A DNA stretch of 64,000 bases, taken from the IMG/VR virus record IMGVR_UViG_3300028394_000035, one strand, 5' to 3'. Both the position numbers and the translations under genes were made by a program. The notes under the pieces are model-generated. The model did not search any database, was not told the origin of the DNA, and was given only the letters and a program-made list of their open reading frames with translations. Shown here one piece after another: positions 47,798 through 57,537 of the stretch (its first letter is position 1; each line of letters opens with the position of its first letter). The DNA is from a virus.

Positions 47798-48982
47798 ATG
47801 TCCCGTGGTAAAAACTTACAAGAAATGGAAACAGGCACAACCCAATCTCGCACTGCCGTAAATGCAAATGCAAAGGCAGCAGAACCAATGCAAAAGTTAA
47901 GTACAGGTATTGCTCCTGGTCAAACTGGTAATTGGGAAGACCTCGGTGGACCAACACCAGAGAATTATCGTTCCGATGATGATTCTGCAAAACTCATCAC
48001 TCCTACCGGAACACTTAAGTCCGTAAAGAATGTTGTGACTAAAGGTGCTAAATCTGCAGAAGCAATGCAGAAAATGAAAGAAGCAATTGAAGCACTCGAA
48101 GAAGATGAAGAACTTCTAGAAGCCAAACATAAAAATGATGATGAAGAATCTGAAGATGAAGAATCTGAAGATGAAGAATCGGAAGGTGACGAATCTGAAG
48201 ATGAAGATGATGACGAAGAAGAAGATAAAAAGAAAAAGAAAAAGAAAGTAGAAGAATCTATTAACATTGAAGAAGATGTTGATGCTCTTCTTGCTGGTGA
48301 AGATCTCTCCGAAGAGTTTAGAGAGAAAGCAAAACTTATTTTTGAAACAGCAATTAATGCTAAAATTTCAGAAATTTATGAATCATTAGAAGAGCATTAT
48401 GAATCCAAACTTCTTGAAGAAGTTGATTCAATGAAAGGTCAACTTGTAGAAAGAGTCGATGCATACCTTGAGTATGTTGCCGATGAATGGCTGCAAGAAA
48501 ATGCTCTTATTGTAGAGCAAGGTCTCAAGACCGAGATGACCGAATCATTCCTACAAGGAATGAAAGGTCTTTTTGAAGATCATTATGTAACAATCCCTGA
48601 CGATAAATATAATGTTCTTGAGAGTATGGTAGATAAACTTGATGAAATGGAGACAAAACTCAACGAGCAAATTGAAAGAAATGTTGCTCTAAATCAAAGA
48701 TTAGCAGAGTCGGTTGCCGATGTTATTTTTTCTGATATCACTGAGGGTTTAGCGACTTCTCAGAAAGATAAACTCGCTTCTCTTGCTGAAAATGTTGAGT
48801 TTGATAGTGAAGCAAACTATCGTGAGAAACTAGTAACTTTAAAGGAATCTTATTTCCCAAGAAACACTAGTGCTCAAAGAGATTATTCAGAGACATTATC
48901 TGAAGAAACAAATTACAATGAACCAGTTTCTGGTGTAATGGGATCGTATCTTCAGACTCTGAGCCGAGTTTCTAAAAAGTGA
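47798..48982 (+). CDS. gp22: Prohead core scaffold protein gp22
   Basis: LSEEFREKAKLIFETA, VDAYLEYVADEW; synteny. Confidence 0.95.
   Translation: MSRGKNLQEMETGTTQSRTAVNANAKAAEPMQKLSTGIAPGQTGNWEDLGGPTPENYRSDDDSAKLITPTGTLKSVKNVVTKGAKSAEAMQKMKEAIEALEEDEELLEAKHKNDDEESEDEESEDEESEGDESEDEDDDEEEDKKKKKKKVEESINIEEDVDALLAGEDLSEEFREKAKLIFETAINAKISEIYESLEEHYESKLLEEVDSMKGQLVERVDAYLEYVADEWLQENALIVEQGLKTEMTESFLQGMKGLFEDHYVTIPDDKYNVLESMVDKLDEMETKLNEQIERNVALNQRLAESVADVIFSDITEGLATSQKDKLASLAENVEFDSEANYREKLVTLKESYFPRNTSAQRDYSETLSEETNYNEPVSGVMGSYLQTLSRVSKK
48140..48205 (+). repeat. 15-bp tandem repeat (GATGAAGAATCTGAA) encoding (DEESE)n in gp22
   Basis: About 4 copies, followed by an Asp/Glu run and KKKKKKK. Confidence 0.8.
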
Positions 48983-49030
48983 TTTTTAAATCATAAATCA
49001 AACTAACAATTTCCAAAAGAGGTAAAACAA

Positions 49031-50419
49031 ATGCAAATGTTCGATGGAGAACGTCTGCAGGAGAAGTGGGCACCACTACTTAATTATGAGGGTCTTGATT
49101 CAATCAAGGACTCACATCGCAGAATGGTAACCGCAGTCCTGTTAGAAAATCAAGAAAAGTTTTTAAGAGAGGAAAATCAATTCCTTTATGAAGCACCAAC
49201 AATGGCCGCAGGGTCTGGTGGTTTCAGTGGTTCTTCTACTGCAACCGGTCCTGTAGCAGGTTTCGATCCAGTTCTAATTAGCCTAATTCGTCGTTCTATG
49301 CCTAACTTGGTCGCTTATGACCTTGCTGGCGTACAACCAATGAATGGTCCTACTGGACTTATCTTCGCAATGCGTTCACGTTATACTAATCAATCGGGAT
49401 CTGAAGCACTCTTCAACGAAGCAGATACTTCATTCTCCGGTCAAGATTCCGGTTTTGATGTTACTTCAGGTTTCACTGATGGCGCAGCTGGTTTCGGTAC
49501 TACTTCAAACCCAGCAGGAACCAATCCTGGACTTTTGAATCCAGTTGGAACTGCTGCAACTAATACCTATGCTACTGGTCAAGCAATGGGTACTGCTTCT
49601 GCTGAAGCACTTGGAGATGCAGCTGGTAACCAGTTCAATGAAATGGCTTTCTCAATCGAGAAAGTTACTGTTACTGCAAAGTCACGCGCTCTGAAAGCCG
49701 AGTATTCACTTGAGCTTGCACAAGACCTCAAGGCAATTCACGGACTAAATGCTGAAGCGGAATTGGCAAACATTCTCTCCACTGAGATTCTTGCTGAAAT
49801 TAACCGTGAAGTAATTCGTACCGTTTATAAAATTGCCGAGCAAGGTGCTGCTGTTAATACCGCTACTGCTGGTATTTTCGACCTCGATGTGGATTCAAAC
49901 GGACGTTGGTCCGTTGAGAAGTTCAAAGGTCTTTTATTCCAAATCGAGCGCGATGCAAACGCAATCGCACAAAGAACTCGTAGAGGAAAGGGTAATATGA
50001 TTCTCTGCTCTGCTGACGTTGCTTCGGCACTCACAATGGCAGGTGTTCTTGATTATACCCCAGCACTCAATGCAAACTTGAATGTTGATGATACCGGCAA
50101 CACTTTTGCTGGTGTTCTTCAAGGCAAGTATCGTGTATATATTGACCCATATGCTGCTAACGTATCTGCTAATCAGTACTACGTTGTAGGATATAAAGGT
50201 TCTTCGCCTTATGATGCAGGACTCTTCTATTGTCCTTATGTGCCCCTCCAAATGGTTCGTGCCGTTGGTGAGAACACCTTCCAGCCAAAAATCGGGTTCA
50301 AGACTCGTTATGGTATGGTTGCTAATCCATTCGCTGAGGGTACTGCTCAGGGTTCTGGTCGTCTTCTTGCTAATGCAAACCGTTACTACCGTCGTGTGCG
50401 TGTAGACAATTTAATGTAA
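49031..50419 (+). CDS. gp23: Major capsid protein gp23
   Basis: GVQPMNGPTGLIFAMRSRY, AKSRALKAEYSLELAQDLKAIHG, FQPKIGFKTRYG. Confidence 0.99.
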   Translation: MQMFDGERLQEKWAPLLNYEGLDSIKDSHRRMVTAVLLENQEKFLREENQFLYEAPTMAAGSGGFSGSSTATGPVAGFDPVLISLIRRSMPNLVAYDLAGVQPMNGPTGLIFAMRSRYTNQSGSEALFNEADTSFSGQDSGFDVTSGFTDGAAGFGTTSNPAGTNPGLLNPVGTAATNTYATGQAMGTASAEALGDAAGNQFNEMAFSIEKVTVTAKSRALKAEYSLELAQDLKAIHGLNAEAELANILSTEILAEINREVIRTVYKIAEQGAAVNTATAGIFDLDVDSNGRWSVEKFKGLLFQIERDANAIAQRTRRGKGNMILCSADVASALTMAGVLDYTPALNANLNVDDTGNTFAGVLQGKYRVYIDPYAANVSANQYYVVGYKGSSPYDAGLFYCPYVPLQMVRAVGENTFQPKIGFKTRYGMVANPFAEGTAQGSGRLLANANRYYRRVRVDNLM

Positions 50420-50438
50420 GTCTTTCTTACATATATTC

Positions 50439-50465
50439 AAGGGTCCCAATTGGGGCCCTTTTTTT
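50439..50465 (+). terminator. Rho-independent terminator after gp23
   Basis: AAGGGTCCC-AATT-GGGGCCC followed by a T-run. Confidence 0.85.
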
Positions 50466-50483
50466 ATCTAAATACAAATAAAA

Positions 50484-51032
50484 ATGTCGCAATCACCTTG
50501 GGCAAAGCAAATATCAAATCGTAATTATCTATCTCCTGCTGGATTTAAATTTTCAATTACAAAAATACCAAAGGTTGATTTTTTTTCTAATTCTGCTCAA
50601 GTGCCTGGAATTAATCTTGGTGTTGCAATGCAACCAACATATCTTAAAGATATTCCGGTTCCAGGTGATAAATTAACTTATGATGATTTTTCTTTAGAAT
50701 TTTTTGTAGATGAAAATTTAGAAAATTATCTTCAAGTACATAATTGGTTAAGAGGTCTTGGATATCCAAATAGTATTCAAGAATTTATAGATTTAAAAGC
50801 AGAAGATGAGTATTTTCCAAATACATCTGTAAAAAATTCATTTAATGAATATTCAGATGCAACATTAAAAATTTATAATAGCAACTTTAATCCAATTGTT
50901 GATATTCATTTTAAAGATATGTTTCCTGTAAGTTTATCTACGATTAAATTTGATTCAAAATCTACAGATATTAACTATGTTATAGCAGAGGTTAGTTTTA
51001 AGTATTCTATATATGACATAGTTGTTTTGTAG
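50484..51032 (+). CDS. gp3: Tail completion / sheath terminator gp3
   Basis: NYLSP.GFKF, VPGDKLTYDDF, FVDENLENY. Confidence 0.9.
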   Translation: MSQSPWAKQISNRNYLSPAGFKFSITKIPKVDFFSNSAQVPGINLGVAMQPTYLKDIPVPGDKLTYDDFSLEFFVDENLENYLQVHNWLRGLGYPNSIQEFIDLKAEDEYFPNTSVKNSFNEYSDATLKIYNSNFNPIVDIHFKDMFPVSLSTIKFDSKSTDINYVIAEVSFKYSIYDIVVL

Positions 51033-51034
51033 TT

Positions 51035-51463
51035 ATGAATCTTGATGAAATACAATCATTATGGGAAGAAGATGCAAAGATAGATCCAGATAATTTGCAC
51101 ACAGAATCCATTAAAATACCTTCACTTCACGCAAAATATTATAAGATTTATAATAATATTCTTCTTCTAAAAAAACTAGAAGAAAATAAATTTAAGATAA
51201 TTAAAAAAAATAAATGGATGTATTTTTCAGGAAAAGCAGAACCAGAAGTTTATAGAGAACATCCATTTGATTATAAGGTATTAAGACAAGATATAGATAA
51301 GTATATGGATGCAGATGAAGAAATTTTAAAATCTATATCCAAAATAGAATATTATCAAACAATGTTAAATTATTTGGATAGTATTCTCAAAACAATATTA
51401 AATAGAACTTATCAAATCAAAAATAGTATTGAATTTCTTAAATTCACGGCAGGATATGACTGA
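51035..51463 (+). CDS. uvsY: Recombination mediator UvsY
   Basis: SLKIPSLH.KY-like motif, Y.SGKA.PEVY, TYQIKN.IEF. Confidence 0.9.
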   Translation: MNLDEIQSLWEEDAKIDPDNLHTESIKIPSLHAKYYKIYNNILLLKKLEENKFKIIKKNKWMYFSGKAEPEVYREHPFDYKVLRQDIDKYMDADEEILKSISKIEYYQTMLNYLDSILKTILNRTYQIKNSIEFLKFTAGYD

Positions 51464-52925
51464 TATTATTATACAAAAGAAAAATGAAATATATCTAAAG
51501 GTCGAAGCAGATCCGCATATTCATCAAGAGTTATTTGATCATTTTACCTTTGATGTACCTGGGGCAAAATTTATGCCTCAATATCGTAGCAAACATTGGG
51601 ATGGAAAAATAAGACTCTACAGTAATCATACTGGAGAAATTTATGTTGGTCTTTTAGATAAAATATTATCTTGGGCAAAAAATGCTGAATATAATATTGA
51701 GTTTAAACATAATAAATTTTATGGAGACCCATTTGAAGAGAATTTGATGATTTCACACGAAGGTGTGACTGATTATATGAAAAAAATATCTAGACACGAA
51801 CCAAGAGATTATCAAATTAATGCTGTTTATGATGCTTTAAAATACAATCGTAAGCTTTTGATTTCACCAACTGCTTCTGGTAAATCTTTAATGATATATT
51901 CTATTGTAAGATATTTTACAGATAAGAATGAAAAAATACTTGTAGTAGTTCCTACTACATCATTAGTAGAACAGATGTATAAGGACTTTGAAGATTATGG
52001 TTGGAATGCCGAAGATTATTGCCATAAAATTTATTCTGGAAAAGAAAAAGATACAAATAAAAACGTAATCATCACAACCTGGCAATCCGTTTATAATCTT
52101 CCTAGAAAATTCTTTGATGATTTTGGTGTAGTGATTGGCGATGAAGCACACCTATTCAAGTCAAAATCGCTTGTAGGGATTATGACGAAATTGGATAATA
52201 CGAAATATCGTTATGGATTTACAGGCACCTTAGATGGGTCACAAACGCATAAGTGGGTGCTTGAAGGATTGTTTGGCCCTTCTTATAAAGTCACACAAAC
52301 AAAAGAACTGATTGATAAAGGCCATTTATCTAAACTAGATATTAAAGTTCTTCTTTTAAAACACGATCAACATAAATTTAATGAATATGAAGAAGAAATA
52401 CAATATTTAATTACTCACGAAAAAAGAAATAACTTTATTAAAAATCTTGTTTTAGATTTAAATGGAAATAGTTTAGTTCTTTTTAATCGTGTAGAAAGTC
52501 ACGGACAACCACTTTATGAACTTATAAATAATTCAGCATCAAAAGATAGAAAAGTATTTTTTGTCTATGGTGGGGTAGATGTAGAAGAAAGAGAAAAGGT
52601 AAGAGAAATTACTGAAAAAGAAAAAGACGCAATTATTGTTGCATCATATGGTACATTTTCTACTGGCATTAACATTAAAAATCTTCATAATGTAATCTTT
52701 GCTTCACCATCAAAATCAAGAATAAGAAATCTTCAAAGTATTGGAAGAGTTCTTCGTAAAGGAGATAACAAATCACAAGCAGTATTATATGATATTGCAG
52801 ACGATTGTACTTATAAATCAAAAAAAAATTATACATTAAATCATTTGATTGAAAGAATTAAGATTTATAATGAAGAAAAATTCAATTACGAAATTATACA
52901 AATAGAATTTAAGGAAAAAAAGTAA
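51456..52925 (+). CDS. uvsW: RNA-DNA/DNA-DNA helicase UvsW (start revised to ATG 51456)
   Basis: PTASGKS, DEAH, FSTGINIKNL, LQSIGRVLR. Confidence 0.95.
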   Translation: MTDIIIQKKNEIYLKVEADPHIHQELFDHFTFDVPGAKFMPQYRSKHWDGKIRLYSNHTGEIYVGLLDKILSWAKNAEYNIEFKHNKFYGDPFEENLMISHEGVTDYMKKISRHEPRDYQINAVYDALKYNRKLLISPTASGKSLMIYSIVRYFTDKNEKILVVVPTTSLVEQMYKDFEDYGWNAEDYCHKIYSGKEKDTNKNVIITTWQSVYNLPRKFFDDFGVVIGDEAHLFKSKSLVGIMTKLDNTKYRYGFTGTLDGSQTHKWVLEGLFGPSYKVTQTKELIDKGHLSKLDIKVLLLKHDQHKFNEYEEEIQYLITHEKRNNFIKNLVLDLNGNSLVLFNRVESHGQPLYELINNSASKDRKVFFVYGGVDVEEREKVREITEKEKDAIIVASYGTFSTGINIKNLHNVIFASPSKSRIRNLQSIGRVLRKGDNKSQAVLYDIADDCTYKSKKNYTLNHLIERIKIYNEEKFNYEIIQIEFKEKK

Positions 52926-53326
52926 TGTACGAAGAAGAATTTTATGCAGCAATCAAGATGGTATCAGGTGAAGAAGTATTTTCTAAAGTATGTCCTTGTG
53001 AAGAAAAAGATAGAATTATTTTAATTCTTGATAATCCAGTTTTAATGGAAACTATCACAATCCGTCAGCTTGGAATGACAGCACTTAAAGTTATTCCTTG
53101 GATGAAACTTACTGATGATACAATGTTTATTGTAGAAATGAATAGAATAATCACAATGACAGAAGTAAATGATAGTTCTATTATTAAAGTATATCAAAAA
53201 TATATTAGAGAAAGAAATAAAATATCTAGCAAATCACAACTAAGTTCAAATATGGGTTTCATTTCTTCAATTGCTGATGCTAGAGTATCCTTAGAAAAGC
53301 TTTATAAATCTAATAGTAAAACTTAG
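52925..53326 (+). CDS. Conserved hypothetical protein (K..SGEE(V/I) family)
   Basis: ORF track; between uvsW and gp55. Confidence 0.75.
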   Translation: MYEEEFYAAIKMVSGEEVFSKVCPCEEKDRIILILDNPVLMETITIRQLGMTALKVIPWMKLTDDTMFIVEMNRIITMTEVNDSSIIKVYQKYIRERNKISSKSQLSSNMGFISSIADARVSLEKLYKSNSKT

Positions 53327-53378
53327 ATACACCCATTCTTCAAAACCCACAGAGTTATTTTAGTTAGTTTGGGGAAAG

Positions 53379-53408
53379 TTGTCAAGTTCTTGATTGTTAT
53401 GTTATAAT
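53379..53408 (+). promoter_or_regulatory. Sigma70-type promoter for gp55 (TTGTCA-18-TATAAT, extended -10)
   Basis: Intergenic, upstream of ATG 53430. Confidence 0.55.
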
Positions 53409-53429
53409 AAGAACAAATCAAATTCAAAA

Positions 53430-53897
53430 ATGAATAAAGTAAAGAAAAATCCACATTATGTAAATAATAAAGATTTTCACGATGCATTAGTTGCATACAA
53501 TATGAGAATAGATGCTGCAAAAGAAAATGGAACACCACCACCAAGGATTTCAAATTATTTGGGTGAGTGTTTTTTAAAAATTGCTACTCACTTATCATAT
53601 CGTCCCAACTTTGTAAACTATATGTTTCGTGAAGATATGATAAGTGATGGTGTGGAAAATTGCGTTCAATATATTGATAGATTTGATATAGAACGTACAA
53701 ATCCATTTGCTTATTTTACGCAAATTGTTTATTATGCTTTTCTTCGTAGAATACAAAGAGAAAAAAGACAAATGGAAATCAAAGATAAGATTATTGAACG
53801 TAGTGGATTTGAAGAAGTATTTACATCTGATGTGGGTGGTATTAACTCGGATTATAATACAATTAAAGATAACGTACACATCAAACTTCACCAATGA
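53430..53897 (+). CDS. gp55: Late-transcription sigma factor gp55 (start revised to ATG 53430)
   Basis: HYVNNKDF, LSYRPNFVNYMFREDMISDG, NPFAYFTQI. Confidence 0.97.
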   Translation: MNKVKKNPHYVNNKDFHDALVAYNMRIDAAKENGTPPPRISNYLGECFLKIATHLSYRPNFVNYMFREDMISDGVENCVQYIDRFDIERTNPFAYFTQIVYYAFLRRIQREKRQMEIKDKIIERSGFEEVFTSDVGGINSDYNTIKDNVHIKLHQ

Positions 53898-54937
53898 AAC
53901 TTGGTTTAATTACAGACACTCACTATAACTTCAAGAAAGCAAATAAATCATTTCATGATTATTTTGCGAAGTTCTATAATGATATTTTTTTTCCTAAACT
54001 AGAAGAACGAAATATCAAGGCAGTAGTCCATCTTGGTGATGCATTTGACAGTCGTAAGGGTGTGGATTATTGGGCATTAGAATGGGCACAGAAGAATGTA
54101 TACAATCGTTTTCAGGAACTTGGTATTCTTGTTTATAATATCGTAGGTAATCACGATTGTTATCATAAAAATACTAATGATGTAAATGCAATAGATTTAT
54201 TATTACAAGAATATGATAATGTAATACCAATTTCTGAACCAAAAGAATTTTGTATTGATGGTTTAGGCACTTTAATGCTTCCTTGGATTTGCACGGATAA
54301 TCGGGAAAAAACCGATCATCTATTGAAAAATACACAAGCAAAGGTTATATTTTCACATTTAGAATTATCTGGATTTGTAGCTTATCCTGGTCATATTATG
54401 AAAGAAGGAATGGATGCAAGCATATTTAAAAAATTTGATAGAGTGTATTCGGGGCATTATCATACCAAAAGTGATGATGGTAAAATATATTATCTCGGAA
54501 ATCCATATCAAATGTTTTGGAATGATGTAGATGATACTAGAGGTTTTCATATTTTTGATACTGATACATATGAATTAGAGTATTTTAAAAATCCATATAA
54601 TATGTTTGAGAGGGTATATTATGAAGATAATGATTATAAAAAATTTGATACCTCATATTTGGAAGAAAAAATCGTAAAAGTTGTTGTTCGTCAAAAATCA
54701 AATCAATTAAAATTCGATAAGTTTATTGATAAAATATTAAAAGCAAATCCACTTGATTTAAAAGTTGTTGAAATTATTGATGTTAATGATGGAGATGTGG
54801 ATTGTGAAGAAATATCAGCAGAAGATACATTATCAATTTTGGATAAATACGTAGAAGAAGCAGAATTCAATTTAGACAAAATGGTTGTAAAAAAATTACT
54901 CAGAGATGTATATAAAGAAGCATTAGAGATAGAATAA
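53894..54937 (+). CDS. gp47: Recombination endonuclease subunit gp47 (Mre11/SbcD-like)
   Basis: LITDTH, HLGD.FD, VGNHD, SGHYH metallophosphoesterase motifs. Confidence 0.95.
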   Translation: MKLGLITDTHYNFKKANKSFHDYFAKFYNDIFFPKLEERNIKAVVHLGDAFDSRKGVDYWALEWAQKNVYNRFQELGILVYNIVGNHDCYHKNTNDVNAIDLLLQEYDNVIPISEPKEFCIDGLGTLMLPWICTDNREKTDHLLKNTQAKVIFSHLELSGFVAYPGHIMKEGMDASIFKKFDRVYSGHYHTKSDDGKIYYLGNPYQMFWNDVDDTRGFHIFDTDTYELEYFKNPYNMFERVYYEDNDYKKFDTSYLEEKIVKVVVRQKSNQLKFDKFIDKILKANPLDLKVVEIIDVNDGDVDCEEISAEDTLSILDKYVEEAEFNLDKMVVKKLLRDVYKEALEIE

Positions 54938-55224
54938 TGTATATACTGGCAATTAAGGAAAATGAGGACGAAGGTGCTTATGCAGTAGTGGATGATGATG
55001 GCGAAAAGGCATTATATATTTTCGAAGATGAAGATGATGCCAAACGTTATGCCGGATTGCTAGAAGCAGAAGATTATCCTATAATGTCAGTGGTTGAAGT
55101 AGAAGATGAAGTTGCGATACGTACTTGTGAAATGTATGGATATCACTATGTTATAATTAATTCAAATGAAATTGTAATACCCCCAAGACAAAATGATCTT
55201 ATTCAAACGAATAGCTTATCGTAA
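54937..55224 (+). CDS. DUF3110-like protein (cyanobacterial family)
   Basis: FEDEDDAKRYAGLLEAEDYP motif. Confidence 0.6.
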   Translation: MYILAIKENEDEGAYAVVDDDGEKALYIFEDEDDAKRYAGLLEAEDYPIMSVVEVEDEVAIRTCEMYGYHYVIINSNEIVIPPRQNDLIQTNSLS

Positions 55225-56908
55225 TTTTTTATCATCAGGAAATAATTTAACTGAAATAAATCTTACGGGAGAAACTACTACATTAATTATTGGCCATAAT
55301 GGTTCTGGCAAAAGTACAATGCTTGATGCTTTGTGTTTTGGTTTATTCAATAAAGCATTTCGTAAAATTAATAAAAACCAACTAGTTAATTCTACAAATG
55401 AAAAAGAATGTTTGGTTGAGGTTGAGTTTAGTATTGGAAATAAAGAATATAAAATCATAAGAGGAATTAAACCAAATATTTTTGAAATTTGGATAAATGG
55501 AGAATTGCAAAATCAAGTAGCAGCATCAATAGACCAACAAAAGCATCTTGAAGATATAATACTAAAACTTAATTATAAATCATTTACACAAATCGTAATT
55601 CTTGGTAGTGCTTCTTTTGTTCCTTTTATGCAACTTTCTACGGCTAATCGTCGTGAGGTTGTAGAGGATTTATTAGATATTAAAATATTTTCTGCGATGA
55701 ATTCTATTCTTAAAGAAAAGATAAGAAGTTCAAATGAAAAAATTAAAGAATTTGATATATTTGAAAAATCAATTCAAGAAAAAATTCTAATGCAAACAGA
55801 ATTTATTGAAGAGTTGGAAAAAAGAGGAAATGATAAAATAATTGCGAACCAAGAAAAAATCGTCAATTTATTAAATGAAGTTGGCGTTTATATTCGTCAA
55901 AATTCTTTTCTCGAAGAAGATGTATTTAAATATATTAAAGAACAAGAAGAAGTTTCTGGTGCAACTGATAGACTAAAAAAACTTGATAATTTAAAAGGAA
56001 AACTATCAGAAAAGGTATCTGTAATTACAGAAGAGCATAAATTTTTTAATGAAAATACGGTTTGCCCAACTTGTACACAAACAATTGACGAAGTATTTCG
56101 TGTAAATAAAATTACAGACGTTCAAAATAAAGCAAAAGAATTACAAACAGGTTATCAAGACCTTGAATGTACTATCAAAAACGAAGAAGAACGAGAACGT
56201 CAATTTATCATTCTTTCTAAGGAGATTGCAAAATTAAACAATGAGATTTCTCAAAACAATACTAGAATATCATTTAACCAAAAACAAACACAAGAACTTG
56301 AATATGAAATTCAAACAATTACCGAACAATTTAAAAATAGAAATACTGAACAACAAAAATTAGAAAAACTTGAAAAACAACAAGTTGATAATTTCAAAAA
56401 GAAATCAAAGTATAAAGAAACGATTAATTATTTTGATTTCGCACAAATACTAATGAAAGATGGAGGAGTTAAAACTAAAATTATTCAAAAGTACCTTCCT
56501 TTAATGAATAAACAAATCAATAAGTATTTGCAGATAATGGATTTTTATATTAACTTTACACTTGATGAAGAGTTTAAAGAAAATATCAAATCTCCAATAC
56601 ACGAAGATTTTACTTATGAAAGTTTTAGTGAAGGTGAAAAGATGAGAATTAATTTGTCTATTCTTTTCACTTGGAGAGAAATTGCAAGAATGAAAAATTC
56701 AATTAATACTAATTTACTAATTTTAGATGAAGTTTTTGATAGTTCTTTGGATAATATGGGAACAGATTATTTTACTAAAATAATTAAACATATAATTAAA
56801 GATGCAAATGTATTTGTAATTTCACATAAAACAGATGAACTAATTGATAAGTTTGATAAAATTATTCGGTTTGAAAAAATTAAAGGATTTTCAAAGATTG
56901 CACCTTGA
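55193..56908 (+). CDS. gp46: Recombination endonuclease ATPase subunit gp46 (Rad50/SbcC-like)
   Basis: GHNGSGKST, CPTC zinc hook, FSEGEKMRI, LILDEVFD. Confidence 0.97.
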   Translation: MILFKRIAYRNFLSSGNNLTEINLTGETTTLIIGHNGSGKSTMLDALCFGLFNKAFRKINKNQLVNSTNEKECLVEVEFSIGNKEYKIIRGIKPNIFEIWINGELQNQVAASIDQQKHLEDIILKLNYKSFTQIVILGSASFVPFMQLSTANRREVVEDLLDIKIFSAMNSILKEKIRSSNEKIKEFDIFEKSIQEKILMQTEFIEELEKRGNDKIIANQEKIVNLLNEVGVYIRQNSFLEEDVFKYIKEQEEVSGATDRLKKLDNLKGKLSEKVSVITEEHKFFNENTVCPTCTQTIDEVFRVNKITDVQNKAKELQTGYQDLECTIKNEEERERQFIILSKEIAKLNNEISQNNTRISFNQKQTQELEYEIQTITEQFKNRNTEQQKLEKLEKQQVDNFKKKSKYKETINYFDFAQILMKDGGVKTKIIQKYLPLMNKQINKYLQIMDFYINFTLDEEFKENIKSPIHEDFTYESFSEGEKMRINLSILFTWREIARMKNSINTNLLILDEVFDSSLDNMGTDYFTKIIKHIIKDANVFVISHKTDELIDKFDKIIRFEKIKGFSKIAP

Positions 56909-56933
56909 CTTTTTGAGATAAATTTGATAGAGT
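56905..56933 (+). promoter_or_regulatory. Sigma70-type promoter TTGACT-17-TAGAGT
   Basis: At the end of gp46, upstream of ORF 56959. Confidence 0.45.
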
Positions 56934-56958
56934 ATAAAGAGCAAACCTTGAAAAAATT

Positions 56959-57537
56959 ATGTCAGAGATGCCAGACAAAAAAGAAAATTTTGAAACTGAT
57001 TATGAAAGTTTTCTTCCAGAAGGTTATTCAGCAGTCGCAGCTGGATCTTCTATTACTGGAAGTCATCTTCTTGGTGGTATGGGAGAAGATCATATTTCTT
57101 TTGGTTGTAATACTAACTACTGGGAAGATGATGGTTTTAGTTTGACTGGAAATCCATATGCATCGCCAGATGTTCTTTCTTTAAATTCTCACACTATTCC
57201 TACTTCTTATGAGGTAAAACCATCACTAAATTCAGATCACTTCTGGAAGTTTGGTGAAGGAAAGACACTCAAAGTAGTAGAAGACTATATTAAAGGAACA
57301 TATAATGGTCACTATGCCTCTGATAAGTCAAAGGTTCAAGTTCTGGATATGATTGATGCGATTGATGATGGAGTTCCTTTCTGTCGTGATAATCTCATTA
57401 AGTATTCTTCTCGTTTTGGTAAGAAGGATGGAATGTCAAAACTTGATGCCCTGAAGATTATACACTACGGTGTTCTTCTATATCATTTTGCCGGATTTAA
57501 TAATGAAACTCAAAAATCAAACTATGAAACTTTCTAA
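56959..57537 (+). CDS. DUF3310-like protein (T7 gp1.7-related) with low-complexity N-terminus
   Basis: HY....QVLDMI, FCRDNLIKYSSRFGKKDG, DALKIIHY pattern. Confidence 0.6.
   Translation: MSEMPDKKENFETDYESFLPEGYSAVAAGSSITGSHLLGGMGEDHISFGCNTNYWEDDGFSLTGNPYASPDVLSLNSHTIPTSYEVKPSLNSDHFWKFGEGKTLKVVEDYIKGTYNGHYASDKSKVQVLDMIDAIDDGVPFCRDNLIKYSSRFGKKDGMSKLDALKIIHYGVLLYHFAGFNNETQKSNYETF

Noticed and set aside
50415-50431. Small hairpin TGTAAG-TCTTT-CTTACA at the gp23 stop
   Set aside because: Weak and AT-rich, immediately upstream of a much better terminator; no independent evidence of function
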